NCBI RefSeq assembly: GCF_006345805.1
Contig: NC_043001.1
Coordinates: 50,034,001-50,098,000 of the forward strand
Direction: 5' to 3'
Origin: Octopus sinensis
Lineage: Eukaryota
Length of the DNA: 64,000 nucleotides
How positions within the stretch are numbered: position 1 is the stretch's first letter; each line of letters opens with the position of its first letter. The notes beneath the pieces were generated by a model. The model saw only the letters and a program-made list of their open reading frames with translations, was not told the DNA's origin and did no database searches. Positions 1 through 12,283 of the stretch are shown here, piece after piece. The position numbers and the translations under genes are program-made.

Positions 1-248
1 CTTTGTCAATATTTCAATAACAATTTCAGAAAGAGTTTTCAGATAAAGTAACCAGCTAACAACCATTTTACAATACAATCTGTAAGCAAAAGAGTAACAT
101 TTATTGTTTTTTGTTATCCTAGTTCCAACAATAGAACTTTGTCTTCTTGTTAAGATACCAGTCCCTTCTTTGCAGGAAAGATTGAAATAATATATAAAAA
201 AAAAAGTCTGCCCATCCATCCATTAATCCATATATATATACTCTGTCT

Positions 249-285
<37 letters not shown>

Positions 286-1142
286 AATACATTACAATAT
301 TCGTTAGAGTAGAGAAATGTTGTAAGAGTTAGGCAAAGGTTGATAATCAATAGAAAACCTGAAAAGGAGGAAGAAAGATCTGTCCTAAGCAGGTTGCTTC
401 TTAACAGAATGGGATGTATGATGTACATAATATTAGAGACCATATCTAATCAATGTCAATATAGGGAATAATAATAGCAATGAAGGTTTGTGAATGTCAA
501 TGTTTAAAACATGAGCTCAAGTGTTTCTGTCAATGAATGGGATGAACATAAGATATTTTGAAGTGTGGTGAGGATGGCGAAAAGATTGTATTATCAGTCA
601 GTAGCACATACACACATTGTACTGGTGTACTTATGTATACATAACATATGTGTATATATATGTGAGTGTACAGAAATGTACATGTGAAAATAACAGTGTG
701 AGTGTGTATATGTACATTACTGAATATGTGTGTGTACACTACTGAGTAGATATGTACAAGTACCTGTGTATATTATTGCATGTGTATGTAAGCAAATATG
801 GAAGTAGTTATGAGATAAATACAATTAGGCTTGATATAAATGTATTTACATGGAGATCAAGCTTAATTTTGTTAGTTTCTATTACTGCCTCCATATCAGT
901 TTGGGCTGGATTTCTCTTATAGCCACTTTTGATAGCAAGAGCCTTGCCTTGTATGAAGAATTCAGAGTTTAATTTTTAAATCCTTTTTAGCATTATCATG
1001 CATTTTCTATACCATGCATACCCAGCTCCCACCTATTGTCTCTAAATATATATGAGTACATATGTGAAACAATCCCTGTGTGAGATATTGTGTTTGTAAA
1101 TGTGTACACATTACTGTGTGTGTGTATACATATGCAAGTTAT

Positions 1143-1631
1143 GGGTAATTCCATATAAATGTGGGACAGGCATCTTAATTTTTCACCAAATTTTGACCAG
1201 TTGTTCTTATCAGTAAGAACAGAAAAAGTGCAAAATTTCAGACCCCCAACTCCCAATGGTTCAAAACTTGTGATTTGAAATTTGGCCCAAATCACCAGTT
1301 TTTAGGCCTGTAGTGGCCATCTTGAATTTCAATGCTGCAACAAATAATATAATAACCTTCAATCCACATGGACTATTTTTCTGAAAATTTGTACCTGAGC
1401 ATTTTTTGGGGTGTTGAATCTCAATCTGAAGAGAAAAAAGTGTATTTCATATGGCAAAGTACTTGTTTTCTTCAATCAAAATGGAAAGAATTCACCATTT
1501 CCCCCCGACACTGCTATGTACTCAAATCTAAATTCTCAGAAGTGCCCAAATCCTACAGCTTTATAACTTTTTGCACAAACTGGACTCATGTGTGAAAAAA
1601 ACTCAATGGTACTCTCAAGACAGCAAAAGTT
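1143..1631 (+). repeat. Left terminal inverted repeat (~490 bp) of the Sola-like element
   Basis: Colinear reverse-complement match to 4400-4895 over its whole length, with scattered mismatches and indels. Confidence 0.85.
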
Positions 1632-1779
1632 ACAAACCACAAAGTTGAGCCATTTATTTGATATTTTGTAACCACAATCACAGGAAACATAACAGTCAGA
1701 GGAAATTGTCATTTCCTGTTTTCTTCAAATTCTTTTCTCACAATGGTCATATCAGTACAGCTGATTCAGGTGTTGGTTG

Positions 1780-3060
1780 GAGTTGTGTTATTGTCAGTTC
1801 ATCATGTGTAAGCATTCATCTTGGTCAGCATAATGTTTCCTTGTAATGAAAAGGGAAGCCACGTTTGTGATTTTAATGACTTTTCTTCAGCTCGTCTGTG
1901 TTTTGATCACCAGGGCATGAGATTCGATTTAAGCAATGGACAACAACTGGCAGAACTGAACTCGTCACTGTGCCTCTGTCTTTCCAAGAATTTGTTAACC
2001 TTCTGACTGAAAAAAATTGACAAAATTGCCTTGCACTCATTCATTACTTGTGCCCAGTCAACTTACTTGAAACACCTCAAAGAAATGATAGGGCCAAATG
2101 AGGCCAAAGTTTTGGGAGACTTCGCTAAAAATTATTCATTTGTTGTGCAAGATGAAATCCAGGGACACCACTGGAATAAGCCCCAGTGCTCACTCTATCC
2201 TGTAGTTGTCTATTTTTGCTATCAAACTGTGCTTGACAATTCTTCCATTTGCCTAATTTCTGATGATCTTGATCATGGTGTTGGTTTTGTTCACAAGGTT
2301 CTGAAGGAGACAAGAGATCAAAGAAAGGAAATGCTGAATCCTTCAACTGAAGTCATTCATTATTTTTCAGATGGTTGTGCTGCTCAGTATAAGAATCATA
2401 CACATTTTCTCAATCTTTGTCATCACTCTACAGATTTCTCAATCAGTTGTGCGTGGAACCTTTTTTCCACCAGTCATGGTAAGTCACCTTGTGACAGAAT
2501 AGGAGGGACTGCAATAAGATTGACAGCAAGAGCCAGCCTGCAGCAACTAAATGCTTCTCAAATTCTGTCTGCAAAACAGACGTTTGAATTCGGTGAAAGT
2601 TCAATTCAAGGAATCACATTTGTGTGCATTCCTTCAGCAGCAGTGGACTCCACCTGAAATGAACTGGCTGAAAGATTCACTTTAGCCAAAACTATTCCAG
2701 ACAGTAGAAGTTATCACCAGTTTGCCCCAACTTCAGACCCACACAATCAAGATGAAACACTTGTCAGATGAGAGTATTGTACGAGTTTGACTTTCAGGGC
2801 AAATGCATTCAGCGCAAACTTAATACAAGTGATATCAAATTCTCTCAATACCTTCTCTGCATATATGATGAACGACACTGGGTTGGCATGGCTGTGCAAA
2901 TAGATTGGGAGGCAAATGTTGTGAAGGTGAAATTTATGCATCTGCACATTCCAAATCATTCATTCAGCTGGCCAACAAGAGATCATTTATGCTGGGTACC
3001 ACTGACATATGTGGTTGCTAGAACTGAGCCTCCTCAATTGTCATCAGACTCCTCTACAGT
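1780..3060 (+). pseudogene. Frameshifted DDD/E transposase of the Sola-like element
   Basis: Pieces in shifting frames: CVSIHLGQHNVSL (~1800); ORF 2031-2657 (HSFI..QS..DFAKNY..QDEIQGHHW..FSDGCAAQYKN..HGKSPCD); AKTIPDSRSYHQF (~2690); C-terminal CIYDERHWVG..VKVKFMH..SFSWP (2768-3060). Stops and frameshifts lie between them. Confidence 0.75.
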
Positions 3061-4399
3061 AGCATGCGACAAAAAATGGTACCGAAATGATCAAGGATAT
3101 ACTTTCCATGTGAATGTTTGGCATTTTGTTGTTTGTAAAAGGATTGTTGAACCTTCTGTCAATTCAGTTTGAATTGAGATATGGGAGCACAATCATTTAA
3201 TCCTTCAGGTTTGACACACTATTTTTCTGCCCGTATTCTAGAAAGCAAGAGACATGCTCATGACTCACATGAAGGCATACTTTGACAGAAATGTGTCCTT
3301 TTATCAAAAATTTAAGCAAATTTTCCCAAAAGGACCAGAAGATTTTATTTTTCAAAAAAGGGAAATTTTCCCAATTCCTTTGCTGCTATATTGTTAACCC
3401 AAATTTTAAAATTTGCTCTTTTTCAAACTGGTAAACACACATTATTGCTTATGAATGTGCCTACTTTTTAAAGTTTGACTTTACATGGCTCTATTTGGAT
3501 GTATGTTGATTTTTTTGAGAAATAATTCTATCCATTGTGTGCAATTCATATTCACAGTGTTTGAGAATATAATACACTTCAGAACTTCTAGTAGGTTTTG
3601 AATTTCCATTGATTGTACATGATTTCAAGATCTAGTGCTTGCCAAAAAATGCTTTCATACTGCTTGAAAGTGAGTGTTGCTGCAATATTAGGCTCAAGAT
3701 TTTACACCAACTTTCAGGACGCTGATTTGAAATAGCTAAGTGATGAGTAGCTACTGAATCAAACAGACCCCCTAATTTTCTTTCTTCATGACTTTGTTTC
3801 ACAAACTGCTGGTCTGAAAATTTGTCTGATATATGTGACTGAAATTTACTGTTGTTTCAAAACAAAAATGAGCGCTTCATATCTGGTGTAGTTTTCTCTT
3901 GGCAGCCATTTTGCTGAAGGTGGATAGACCAAAATATAGTGAAAATTCGAGCTCTTTTCAAAATTGCACCATCATATTTTGGAAAATATTGGCTGCTCAG
4001 AAGTAACTGATAACAATATTTCTGGAAGAACAACACCATACAAAGCAAAATGTTGAAAAAGATGGCATGCAAACTTTACTGATACAAAGTACATGATATT
4101 GTGTGCAGAGTTTCATCATGGTATAAACATTCCTAGAATTTATGAAAATTTGGTGTGGACTGGAGGTTACAAAATCTCTCAGTCACAACAAGATTAATAT
4201 GACTTAGAAATGTTATATGTAAGTGATATTAAGCCTGAAAATGATATTGGTTGCATTATTACCTCTTGGACTGTGATTTGCCACCACTGCTGGATGCATT
4301 GATTGTTTTTAACTGACTAGTCAAACGCAATCAATTTTCTGACACAACAATTGCTTTTGAGAAAAATTCAAAAATTATGCTTCTTAGATGAATGATAAT

Positions 4400-4895
4400 A
4401 ACTTTTGATGTCTTGAGAGTACCACTGAGATTCTTCACACACAAGTAAAATATTATATCTAGTTTATGTGCAAAACATTTCGAAGGTGTAAGATTTTGGG
4501 CACTTCTGGGAATTTGGCTTTGAGTACACAGCAGCGTTGGGGGAAAATGGTGAAGCGTTTTCATTTTGATTCAAGAAAACAAGCACTTTGCCATGAGAAA
4601 TACATTCTTCTTTTCACATTGAGATTCAGCACCCCCAAAAAATGGTCAGGTACAAATTTTCAGAAAAATAGTCCAAGTGGATTAAAAGTTATTACATTAT
4701 TTATTGCAACATTGAAATTCAAGAAGGGCATTGCAGGCTTAAAAACTGGTGATTTGAGCTGAATTTCAAATTGTCATTGGGAGTTGGAGCCTGAAATTTT
4801 GCACTGCTTCTGTATTTACTGATAGGAACTGGTCAAAATTTGGTGAAAATCTGAGATGGTGGGTTACAAAATTCCTGGTTTACATAGAATCATCC
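4400..4895 (-). repeat. Right terminal inverted repeat of the Sola-like element
   Basis: Reverse complement of 1143-1631, e.g. AACTTTTGATGTCTTGAGAGTACCACTGAG vs CTCAATGGTACTCTCAAGACAGCAAAAGTT. Confidence 0.85.
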
Positions 4896-4967
4896 TTATG
4901 GTATATATATGTAAGTTTATACATTAGTCTCTATATGTGTATTTATGCATCTACTATTGTGTATATA

Positions 4968-5700
4968 TAAGCAAAGTAGATAGTTCTAAAATCTCTATAA
5001 GAGATATAAGTAGTAAAAGTAATGCTAGTTGCCACTTCAATATGGCTGTTACATACAGAACTATGTTACTACTATTTTTTTAACCCCAGGAGGACATCTC
5101 CAACTGGTTAAAGACACAACCTATGTCCGACATATTGTGAGCAGGGGAGCGAACCCCTACCATCTAGTGGTGATAAACCAGTATAGCAGTCTGATTTCAG
5201 GGTATTTCCCTTTATCAGTACTGGACACCTGTTTGCTAGACATGGCAGTCATTCATCCTAGCTTGCAATATATAGAAATACAAGTGATATTCAGCTGCTG
5301 ATTTGGCAACAAGCAAAGTAGCCAGTTCTAAAATCTCTATAAGAGATGTAAGTAGTGATAATACTGAAAAGTAATGTTGGTTGCCACTTCAACATGGCTA
5401 TTCAATATGGGACTATGTTACTACCATTTTGTTGTTTATAATGAGCAAAATGGCTAGTTCTAAAATCTCTAAATGAGATATAAGTAGTGACAATATTAGA
5501 TGGTAACATTTTGTTGGGGTTTTTTTGCCACTATAACATGGTTGTCCTATAAAGAAGTATGTAACTACATTTTAACCCCAGGGGAACGTTTTTTCCAGCT
5601 GGTTAACAACACAAAACCTGTGTCCGATATATTGAGAGTAAGGGGGTGAATCACTCCCTTCCAGCCTGGAAAACCAGTAGACCATGGTTTCTGGGTCTTT
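4968..5700 (+). repeat. Diverged local tandem duplication (three copies of a ~130-170-bp core, two with a ~150-bp extension)
   Basis: AGCAAA..AGTTCTAAAATCTCTA..GAGAT.TAAGTAGT..GCCACT..AA.ATGG..TATGT.ACTAC starts at ~4970, ~5310 and ~5445. TTTTAACCCCAGG..CTGGTTAA..ACACAA..TGTCCGA.ATATTG follows at ~5080 and ~5572. Confidence 0.75.
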
Positions 5701-7319
5701 ACCCTTCATTGTGGTAAAGCGTTTAGGTAACCAGCTCAGACAACTGAAATTTAAAATTACTCTCCTCATTATTTTCATCATCCAATTGTTGTTCTTGCTG
5801 TTGTTTAGTCCTTAGCCAGCCTTGATCAAGCAGACCTATAATCAAAGATGTTATTCTCTGAATATATATTTTTTAATGTTAGTCTGTGATTTGAGGGAGA
5901 ATTAGCTATTATTTCTAGTAGGGTTAAGTTTTCATCTGGTCTAAATTCTCAGAGGAAATCATTAGACTTGTATTACCAATACCTTTAGGAGAGACATGAA
6001 CATCACAGAAATCTTCAGCCACACCTTATCCCTTATAAAAATTTTACAAAAAAAGGAAAGAAAACCTCATACTGCATGGTAGCTAATATGAGAGAAAATA
6101 AAATCCATTATTGATAGCTCTAGCAGCCTGTAGGATCTCAGAGGGATTTAATGGAGGTGGTCAATGTATTTGATGAAGCTGATGGTTATGGTGATTGTGA
6201 TGATGTCTAGCATTCAGCTAGATTGGAACAACAAAGCATATGAAACAAAAGCTAGGCAGGAGGTATGGAGAAGAGAAGGGGAAGAATTGAGAGAGGGAGA
6301 GGGAGAATCAGGCAGAGAAACATGTATAACATTTACATAGTAAAGTCAGTCAAAAGAGCAATGCTATGACTCACCTCAAACTCTCCTACCCAATCAGTTT
6401 CAAGTATTATTGTAACTGGCCACACTGACTTTTCTCTAGGTGTGTGTGTGTGTGTTACTTCATTATATACCTTGTTTATAAACTGAGACTGCAAATATAT
6501 AGACACCATATCAACCTGAGAATATACTATGTATACATTTGCATTGCATTTTCATACCCATACAAATTCATGTGTGTGTGTATATATATATATATTTATT
6601 TGCATATTTTCTTATGTGTGCTCCAGTGCACACACGCATGTATGAATGCATGCATGTATGGTAAACCCCAGAGTTAGTGCTCCGATAAAATTATTGTATG
6701 TATATATCTGTTATCACCATTTCCAAAGAGTATGGCTGGTCCTACAAAAGCCTTCACCACTGGAAACAATTGTGTGTGAGTAATCTAACAGCTATTGACC
6801 ATGAGACCCTTATACTTTGAGACTAACAGGAGAATGTGTGTGTGTGTGTGTGTGTGTGTTAGTCAAAAGAGACCTGTTGTTATGTCCCGTTATTATTTTT
6901 ATTTTATTTGTGTAACGTCCATTTTTTTCTGTCCTTGTTTTTGTATACATTCGCTGCTTTCTTCCAAGGAATCAAATACTCTTAGCTTAGTTTTTCCTAG
7001 GGATTGGCCAGATTGGAGCAATCTCAAGTATAATCAGTCAAAATTGCAAGGATAATCTGGTGCTTGACTGAGGAAAGAAAACTTCGAATGATCCATCCTT
7101 GTTTTCTTTGTATTGTCTATCTGGATGTTTTGTTGTCCCAGTTTTGTATCACCTAGTTGTCCGGATGTTTTGCGTTCTTGTCCCAGGTATGAGTTGACAA
7201 CAGGAAGGATATCTCTGGCTGTAAAAACAATAATATGCATTCAACTAATCCATACTAGCATGAGAAAATGCATGTAAAATGAATGAAGGAATGAACTGCC
7301 CTCCACAGCAGAACTGAGA

Positions 7320-7563
7320 TCCTAAAACCAAGGTGTCATGTAAAAAGCATCGGTGTGAGTGCTGGTACCATGTAAAAAGCACTGGTGATGGTGCCACATA
7401 AAAAGCACCCAATAACACTCTGTTTGGCTTTAGGAAGAGCATCCAGCCATAGAAGCCAAGCCAAAACAGACTATGGAACCTGGTGAGGCCCCTGGCCTGC
7501 CAGTTCCTGTCAAGCCATCAAACCCATGCCAGCATGGAAAACAGTCGTTAAGTGATGATGATG
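7320..7563 (+). mobile_element. Old RTE-type LINE 3' UTR fragment with (GAT)n tail
   Basis: TAGGAAGAGCATCCAGCC..AACCCATGCCAGCATGGAAAA..GTTAAGTGATGATGATG; same family as 14404-15082. Confidence 0.7.
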
Positions 7564-7641
7564 TTGAATATGTTTAAGTGCTTGTACAACTGATCATATT
7601 TATGACTCAATCTCTCCATTTACAGATACCTGCATGTCCAA

Positions 7642-7672
<31 letters not shown>

Positions 7673-8583
7673 ATAAAGACACTTAAAAACAAGATATAAA
7701 GCATCACAAAAATGAACGTATAGGATTTGTAACAAATAAGAAACAAAGACCAGTTTATTTTTGATGGAAGTTTGATTATATTGTTGTATCTCCTGTCTGT
7801 TTGAGGAGAGTGGATTAGGCTGCTGAGATGTGTCACAAGAGACCAGGGATAAGCTGTTTGAAATACTATCATAGTTGACAGGTTAATTCTCAGCCTTTCT
7901 CACCTGCTACAAGAGCAGCTGTAACTGTAGGAGGAGGGGAAGGACACACAGGTGCTAGAAATGAGGGAGGAGTGGATTTGAGAGAAACTGTTGCTAGCCT
8001 GCAACCAAGAGAGAGGGGGAGAGAGAATTGGGAAAAAAGAGAGCATGCATGTGTGTGAACAAAGAGGTTTAGGTTGAAAACAATAAAATGGGAACAATTT
8101 GATTAGGATCTTTGTAATTAGTTTTGGCAGCTGAAAAGTCAGAAAGGTCAAATGGATAAGATGTCTGCTTCTCAGCACTGTTGGCTCTAACATTATAACA
8201 GGTTAATAATACTAGCTGTTGGAGAAGTAAAGTGTGTGTTTTCACTGATCCTTAAGCTGCAACTCTGAGTTTCATGATTTTTGGATTGGCTCAGACAGTA
8301 ATTACTGATTTATAATCATTGATTTCTGTCAGAGCTGATAGAGTAATTCCGATACTCCATATTGTAGTGTGAATCATCATTTTAAAGTGTTCACATTTTT
8401 ATGACTGCATGGGTGAGGCAGAATTTGTGGTGGTAGATTTTCTATACCCAGATGCCCTTCCTGTTGCTAAGCCACATCTGTTTACAAGCAAGGTAACATT
8501 TCCCCTTGGCTAGATATGTTTTTCACAGAACACTGAAAATGAACATCACTTGTATGATAGTGATCCTCATGCACGCACGCACA

Positions 8584-8790
8584 TAATCATCATCATCATG
8601 TAACATGCTGGCATGGGTTGGACAGAAGTTGGTCGACTGTAGAGCTGTTCAGGCTCCATGTCTGTTTTGGCATGGTTTCTATGGCTAGATGCTCTTCCTA
8701 GCACCAACCACTTTACAGAGTGTACTGGGTGCTTTTACGCAGCACTGGTACAGGTGCTTTTTACATGGTACCAGCACTTACGAGCCCACA
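8584..8790 (-). mobile_element. Old RTE-type LINE 3' UTR fragment
   Basis: (CAT)n followed by ATGCTGGCATGGGTTGGAC..GATGCTCTTCCTA..CCAACCACT, the reverse of the same family. Confidence 0.65.
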
Positions 8791-9870
8791 AGATTAGGGA
8801 TTCTCAGCAGCTGTAGAGCATTGCAAGGGACAAGCTTGTATGCAAGGGCAACCATGTTTAAACAGTTGAATAAATATAGTTGCATTCTACACTTTGTATT
8901 GAGTATATTTTCTCCTGTTCCTCAACAACTTTGAGATTTTGGAAACTAATTATTTCAAAATAATCAATTAACAAAGGTTCGAAATAATTAATTAACAAGT
9001 GTGGTACATATGATGAACCCCACTGCTGATTTCAATGTATGAGCATCCAGTTGGTTAATCAACTGAACAAACTATTCATTGAACTAGTAAGCAAAGGGGT
9101 TAGATATCCCAGACATGTGTAACTGCAATGGTTTTCAGCACATCTCACATCAGCAGGAAGGAAATGATAATTCTTAATATCCTCTTGGGACTTGGGAAAC
9201 ATTTATTGTAAGACAATGGCACTAAATTGCTTTATTGTTATCTTTGAGCTTCCCTGGTCAACTCTTTTGTTGCGGCCATTGAACGTTTAAATATACAAAA
9301 TATCCAGCATGATGATTTTCGTCAAAGCTCAACAATCAATCATCTAGATGTGGACATCTGTTCTAATTAAACTTGACACGTTTCAATCTGCTCATCTGAA
9401 AACAAGCTGCACTTCTGCTTCACATCTGAGTTGTTCAGTTGCAGTAAAATCATCAGGACCACCCAATCTAATATGGATCAAATGGGTAGGTTTTTGTTTT
9501 GTTTTTTTTATGTGGGGTGACTAATATCTTAAAAGAGTGTTCTGGAAACTTACTGCAGTCAAATAGAAATACTACACACACAGCTTCAGCCTAAGCTGGA
9601 CGCTATTTGAATATGTACATGGAACAATCTAACATGGATGAACAGATATATTCTCTTTTATGTTATAAAATAGTATTCCGAAGACTAATTTAGTGCAGAT
9701 AAATATACAGTTGCACAACATGCAGGAGACGTGCAGGAAGCAGTTTGTATGACTGTACAGGAAGCAGTTTGTGTGACTTTTCAGGAGACAGCCTGCCTGC
9801 CCATGCAAGAGACAGCGACAGATCGTATAAATGAAGTAAAATCATTTTCACGTTTCTGTTTTATCTAAAC

Positions 9871-10265
9871 CAGTAGTTCCAAAACATTTTTTTTACTTAT
9901 GTGGCACTTAAAAATAAATAAAAATATGTTGGTGCAATTTGTTCGCTAAGCCAAAAGATATAGTGAAAATGTATTTATATATTTTATCAATTTAAATATA
10001 AATAATTTGAAACTACTGAAAACTAATTAGTACATTTTTATTCAAATAGCTGTAAAAGAACAAGATGATATGTATTACTTCCCCATCCTCCTAGTCTGAA
10101 TTTAGTTTAGTTGCAACATTTATATTTTGTATTAAAATTTTATATTCATATTTAGTTTGTAGCTTTCATATTCTTTTAATATAATTTTATTATTTTTGTG
10201 GTGCATCTAACTATACATTGTGAGACACCAGTGTGTTGCAGCATACCACCGATTTAGAAATGAAT
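9871..10265. mobile_element. Decayed hAT (Charlie-like) MITE
   Basis: Begins CAGTAGTTCCAAAAC after ATCTAAAC; ends with GACACCAGTGTGTTGCAGCATACC..GATTTAGAAA, resembling hAT subterminal sequence. Right TIR is degraded. Confidence 0.35.
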
Positions 10266-10307
10266 ATTTAGATCAGTGGTTTATGAACCACTAATCTAAA
10301 CATTCAT
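10260..10307. repeat. 22-bp inverted repeat with 4-nt loop (20/22 match)
   Basis: ATGAATATTTAGATCAGTGGTT-TATG-AACCACTAATCTAAACATTCAT, read directly. Confidence 0.9.
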
Positions 10308-12283
10308 AATTCTCTATTTCACTGTTAATTTATTTAACAACGAATGACTTCACTCATAACGTAAACACTCTCAGCACCGCATAAATACACAAACTTGCAC
10401 ATGCATACACAATAAGACCTTCCTTCTGAGTGAAGAAATAGGAGAGGCACCAGAGGGGAAGGTAAAAAGTAGAGGTTAACAGAGAGTGAAGGGCTGATTA
10501 AAATGTAAAGTGAGCTGAGACAGAGAGAGAGAGACCAAATGACACAGCTATTTTTGTCAACTTGACATGGGGCAACCAACAGTTTCAGAGAAATATAAAA
10601 CCTGGCAATTTCCCCATTTCAAATTACTGTAGTTGTACTTACTTAGCTTCCCTCACCATTACCTCGATCAGTTCTAAACCAGATTCAAATTCAAGTACAA
10701 CAGTACTCAATTTTATATCTACAATGTTAATCAACAAATTCGGAACTGAAGTAAATCTTCACAAGCTTGCTCCTCTTCCTCACTATCACATTTTGACTGA
10801 AAAGAACATATACTGACAGACCTAAGTTTACACCTAAAGTATGAAGAGAAAAAAAGAGATTTATGTAATAAAGTATCAAAATAGTGAAGTGGGGTGGGTG
10901 GGTTTCACGTGTTTGTTACAGGGCTTTAGAGATTAATGCAACATAAAAAATTATAGAATTGAAAAAGAAAAAAGTTTTAGAATGCACAGACCACAGCAGT
11001 CAGGTCTGCAAGAATACAGATATGGCAAATTTCATCCAAGTAAATGTTCAAATGAAATGAACTACTTAGATTTGAACCTTAACTTCAAATCTACTGCAGG
11101 TATTTAATCATGTATTTCAACAGTTAATTCTTAATTCTACATGCTTCAGTTCATTTACGAAATGGAGAAGTCACCAGGCCATCTGGGAAAACATATGTGA
11201 TACTCTAGCATCCAAGAAGTAGATTTATCTGCTTAGCAAAACCAAAGCTAAGTACCTCCAGTTTCAGAGCAGCTAATAAGAGACCAAAGCGCCAACCGTT
11301 TGGCATGTAGAATAAAGTGCTCATATACACAATGAAATGCTCACAATAGAATCCTGGAATCAGTGAGTGATAACTATAGACTAAAACTAAACTCTAGTAG
11401 TTTTTATTGATTTTCAGTCACCAGGATCACAAGACAGTAACAACAGACTTATAGAGTGAATCTTTGCTTACTATAGTTAGCTTCATCATCTATACATTGT
11501 AATATCTTTGCAAAATAGAATCTAGGAGGCACATACTCCATCAAATTATTAGAGTAACAGTGAAACCTGCCTTCATATAATATATGTAAGGCATGGCATC
11601 TTGACATAGTGCTTATCTTTTATAATAGAAGTGTAGTAGTGAGAACTGCAATGAACAAAACATTTTCCACTTAAATACAACTTCTATGGTACCTTTTTAC
11701 AGCTAAAGGGAATGGGCCTTTGCAAATTGTGCTTTTTTTTTTTTTTAAAGAGACAGTGTCACACAGGTGGTGGTTACACATTAACAAACTGGCAAGGACC
11801 CTAATACTTTGCTAGTTTTGGTTCCCAAGATATGTCGAAATCATGGAATGCAGTTCAGTAGATGTGAACTATTTTGGCAAAAAAATTTTATTGAATCAAT
11901 AGTGAATATCACTAGATGCTGAGTGGAAGAATAGACAGCAAACTGAACAGTCAGGATCAACCAGTTCAGTTACTGAACTACTGCTATTGTCTGTAGTCGT
12001 GGTATGCACGGATGAGATATTCCAGCTACTGAAAGACCAATGTGACTAAGACCCAAGCCAGACGTTCATGCTGCATCACTTGATTGGAACATCTGTAATG
12101 GAAGAATTGTACTGGTCCAGGCAAGTCAGTCAACCAGATGATGGATAATGATGAGCAGTATGGGTTTTCACAAATTTGGACATTTTTTACTTTACATTGT
12201 TATTAATCCAACCCTCTATAGAAATCAAGGTCCCCACTGCAGATCTTGATATGATCACTTGTCCAAACATCTACAGTTTAACT

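Larger units (their letters stand above)
1143..4895 (+). mobile_element. Sola-superfamily (probably Sola2-like) DNA transposon, decayed
   Basis: 1143-1631 and 4400-4895 are reverse complements (GGGTAATTCCATATAA vs revcomp GGATGATTCTATGTAA at the ends; TTTTCACCAAATTTTGACCAGTT matches internally). Identical 4-bp flanks TTAT at 1139-1142 and 4896-4899. Interior encodes DFAKNY / FSDGCAAQYKN / SHGKSPCDRIGG transposase motifs. Subgroup assignment is from memory of the motifs. Confidence 0.8.

Noticed and set aside
7000-7187. Plus-strand exon candidates ending CCCAG|gtatga
   Set aside because: The apparent acceptor and donor arise from a short local duplication (GGATGTTTTG..TTGTCCCAG twice), longer versions contain stops, and no partner exons were found.
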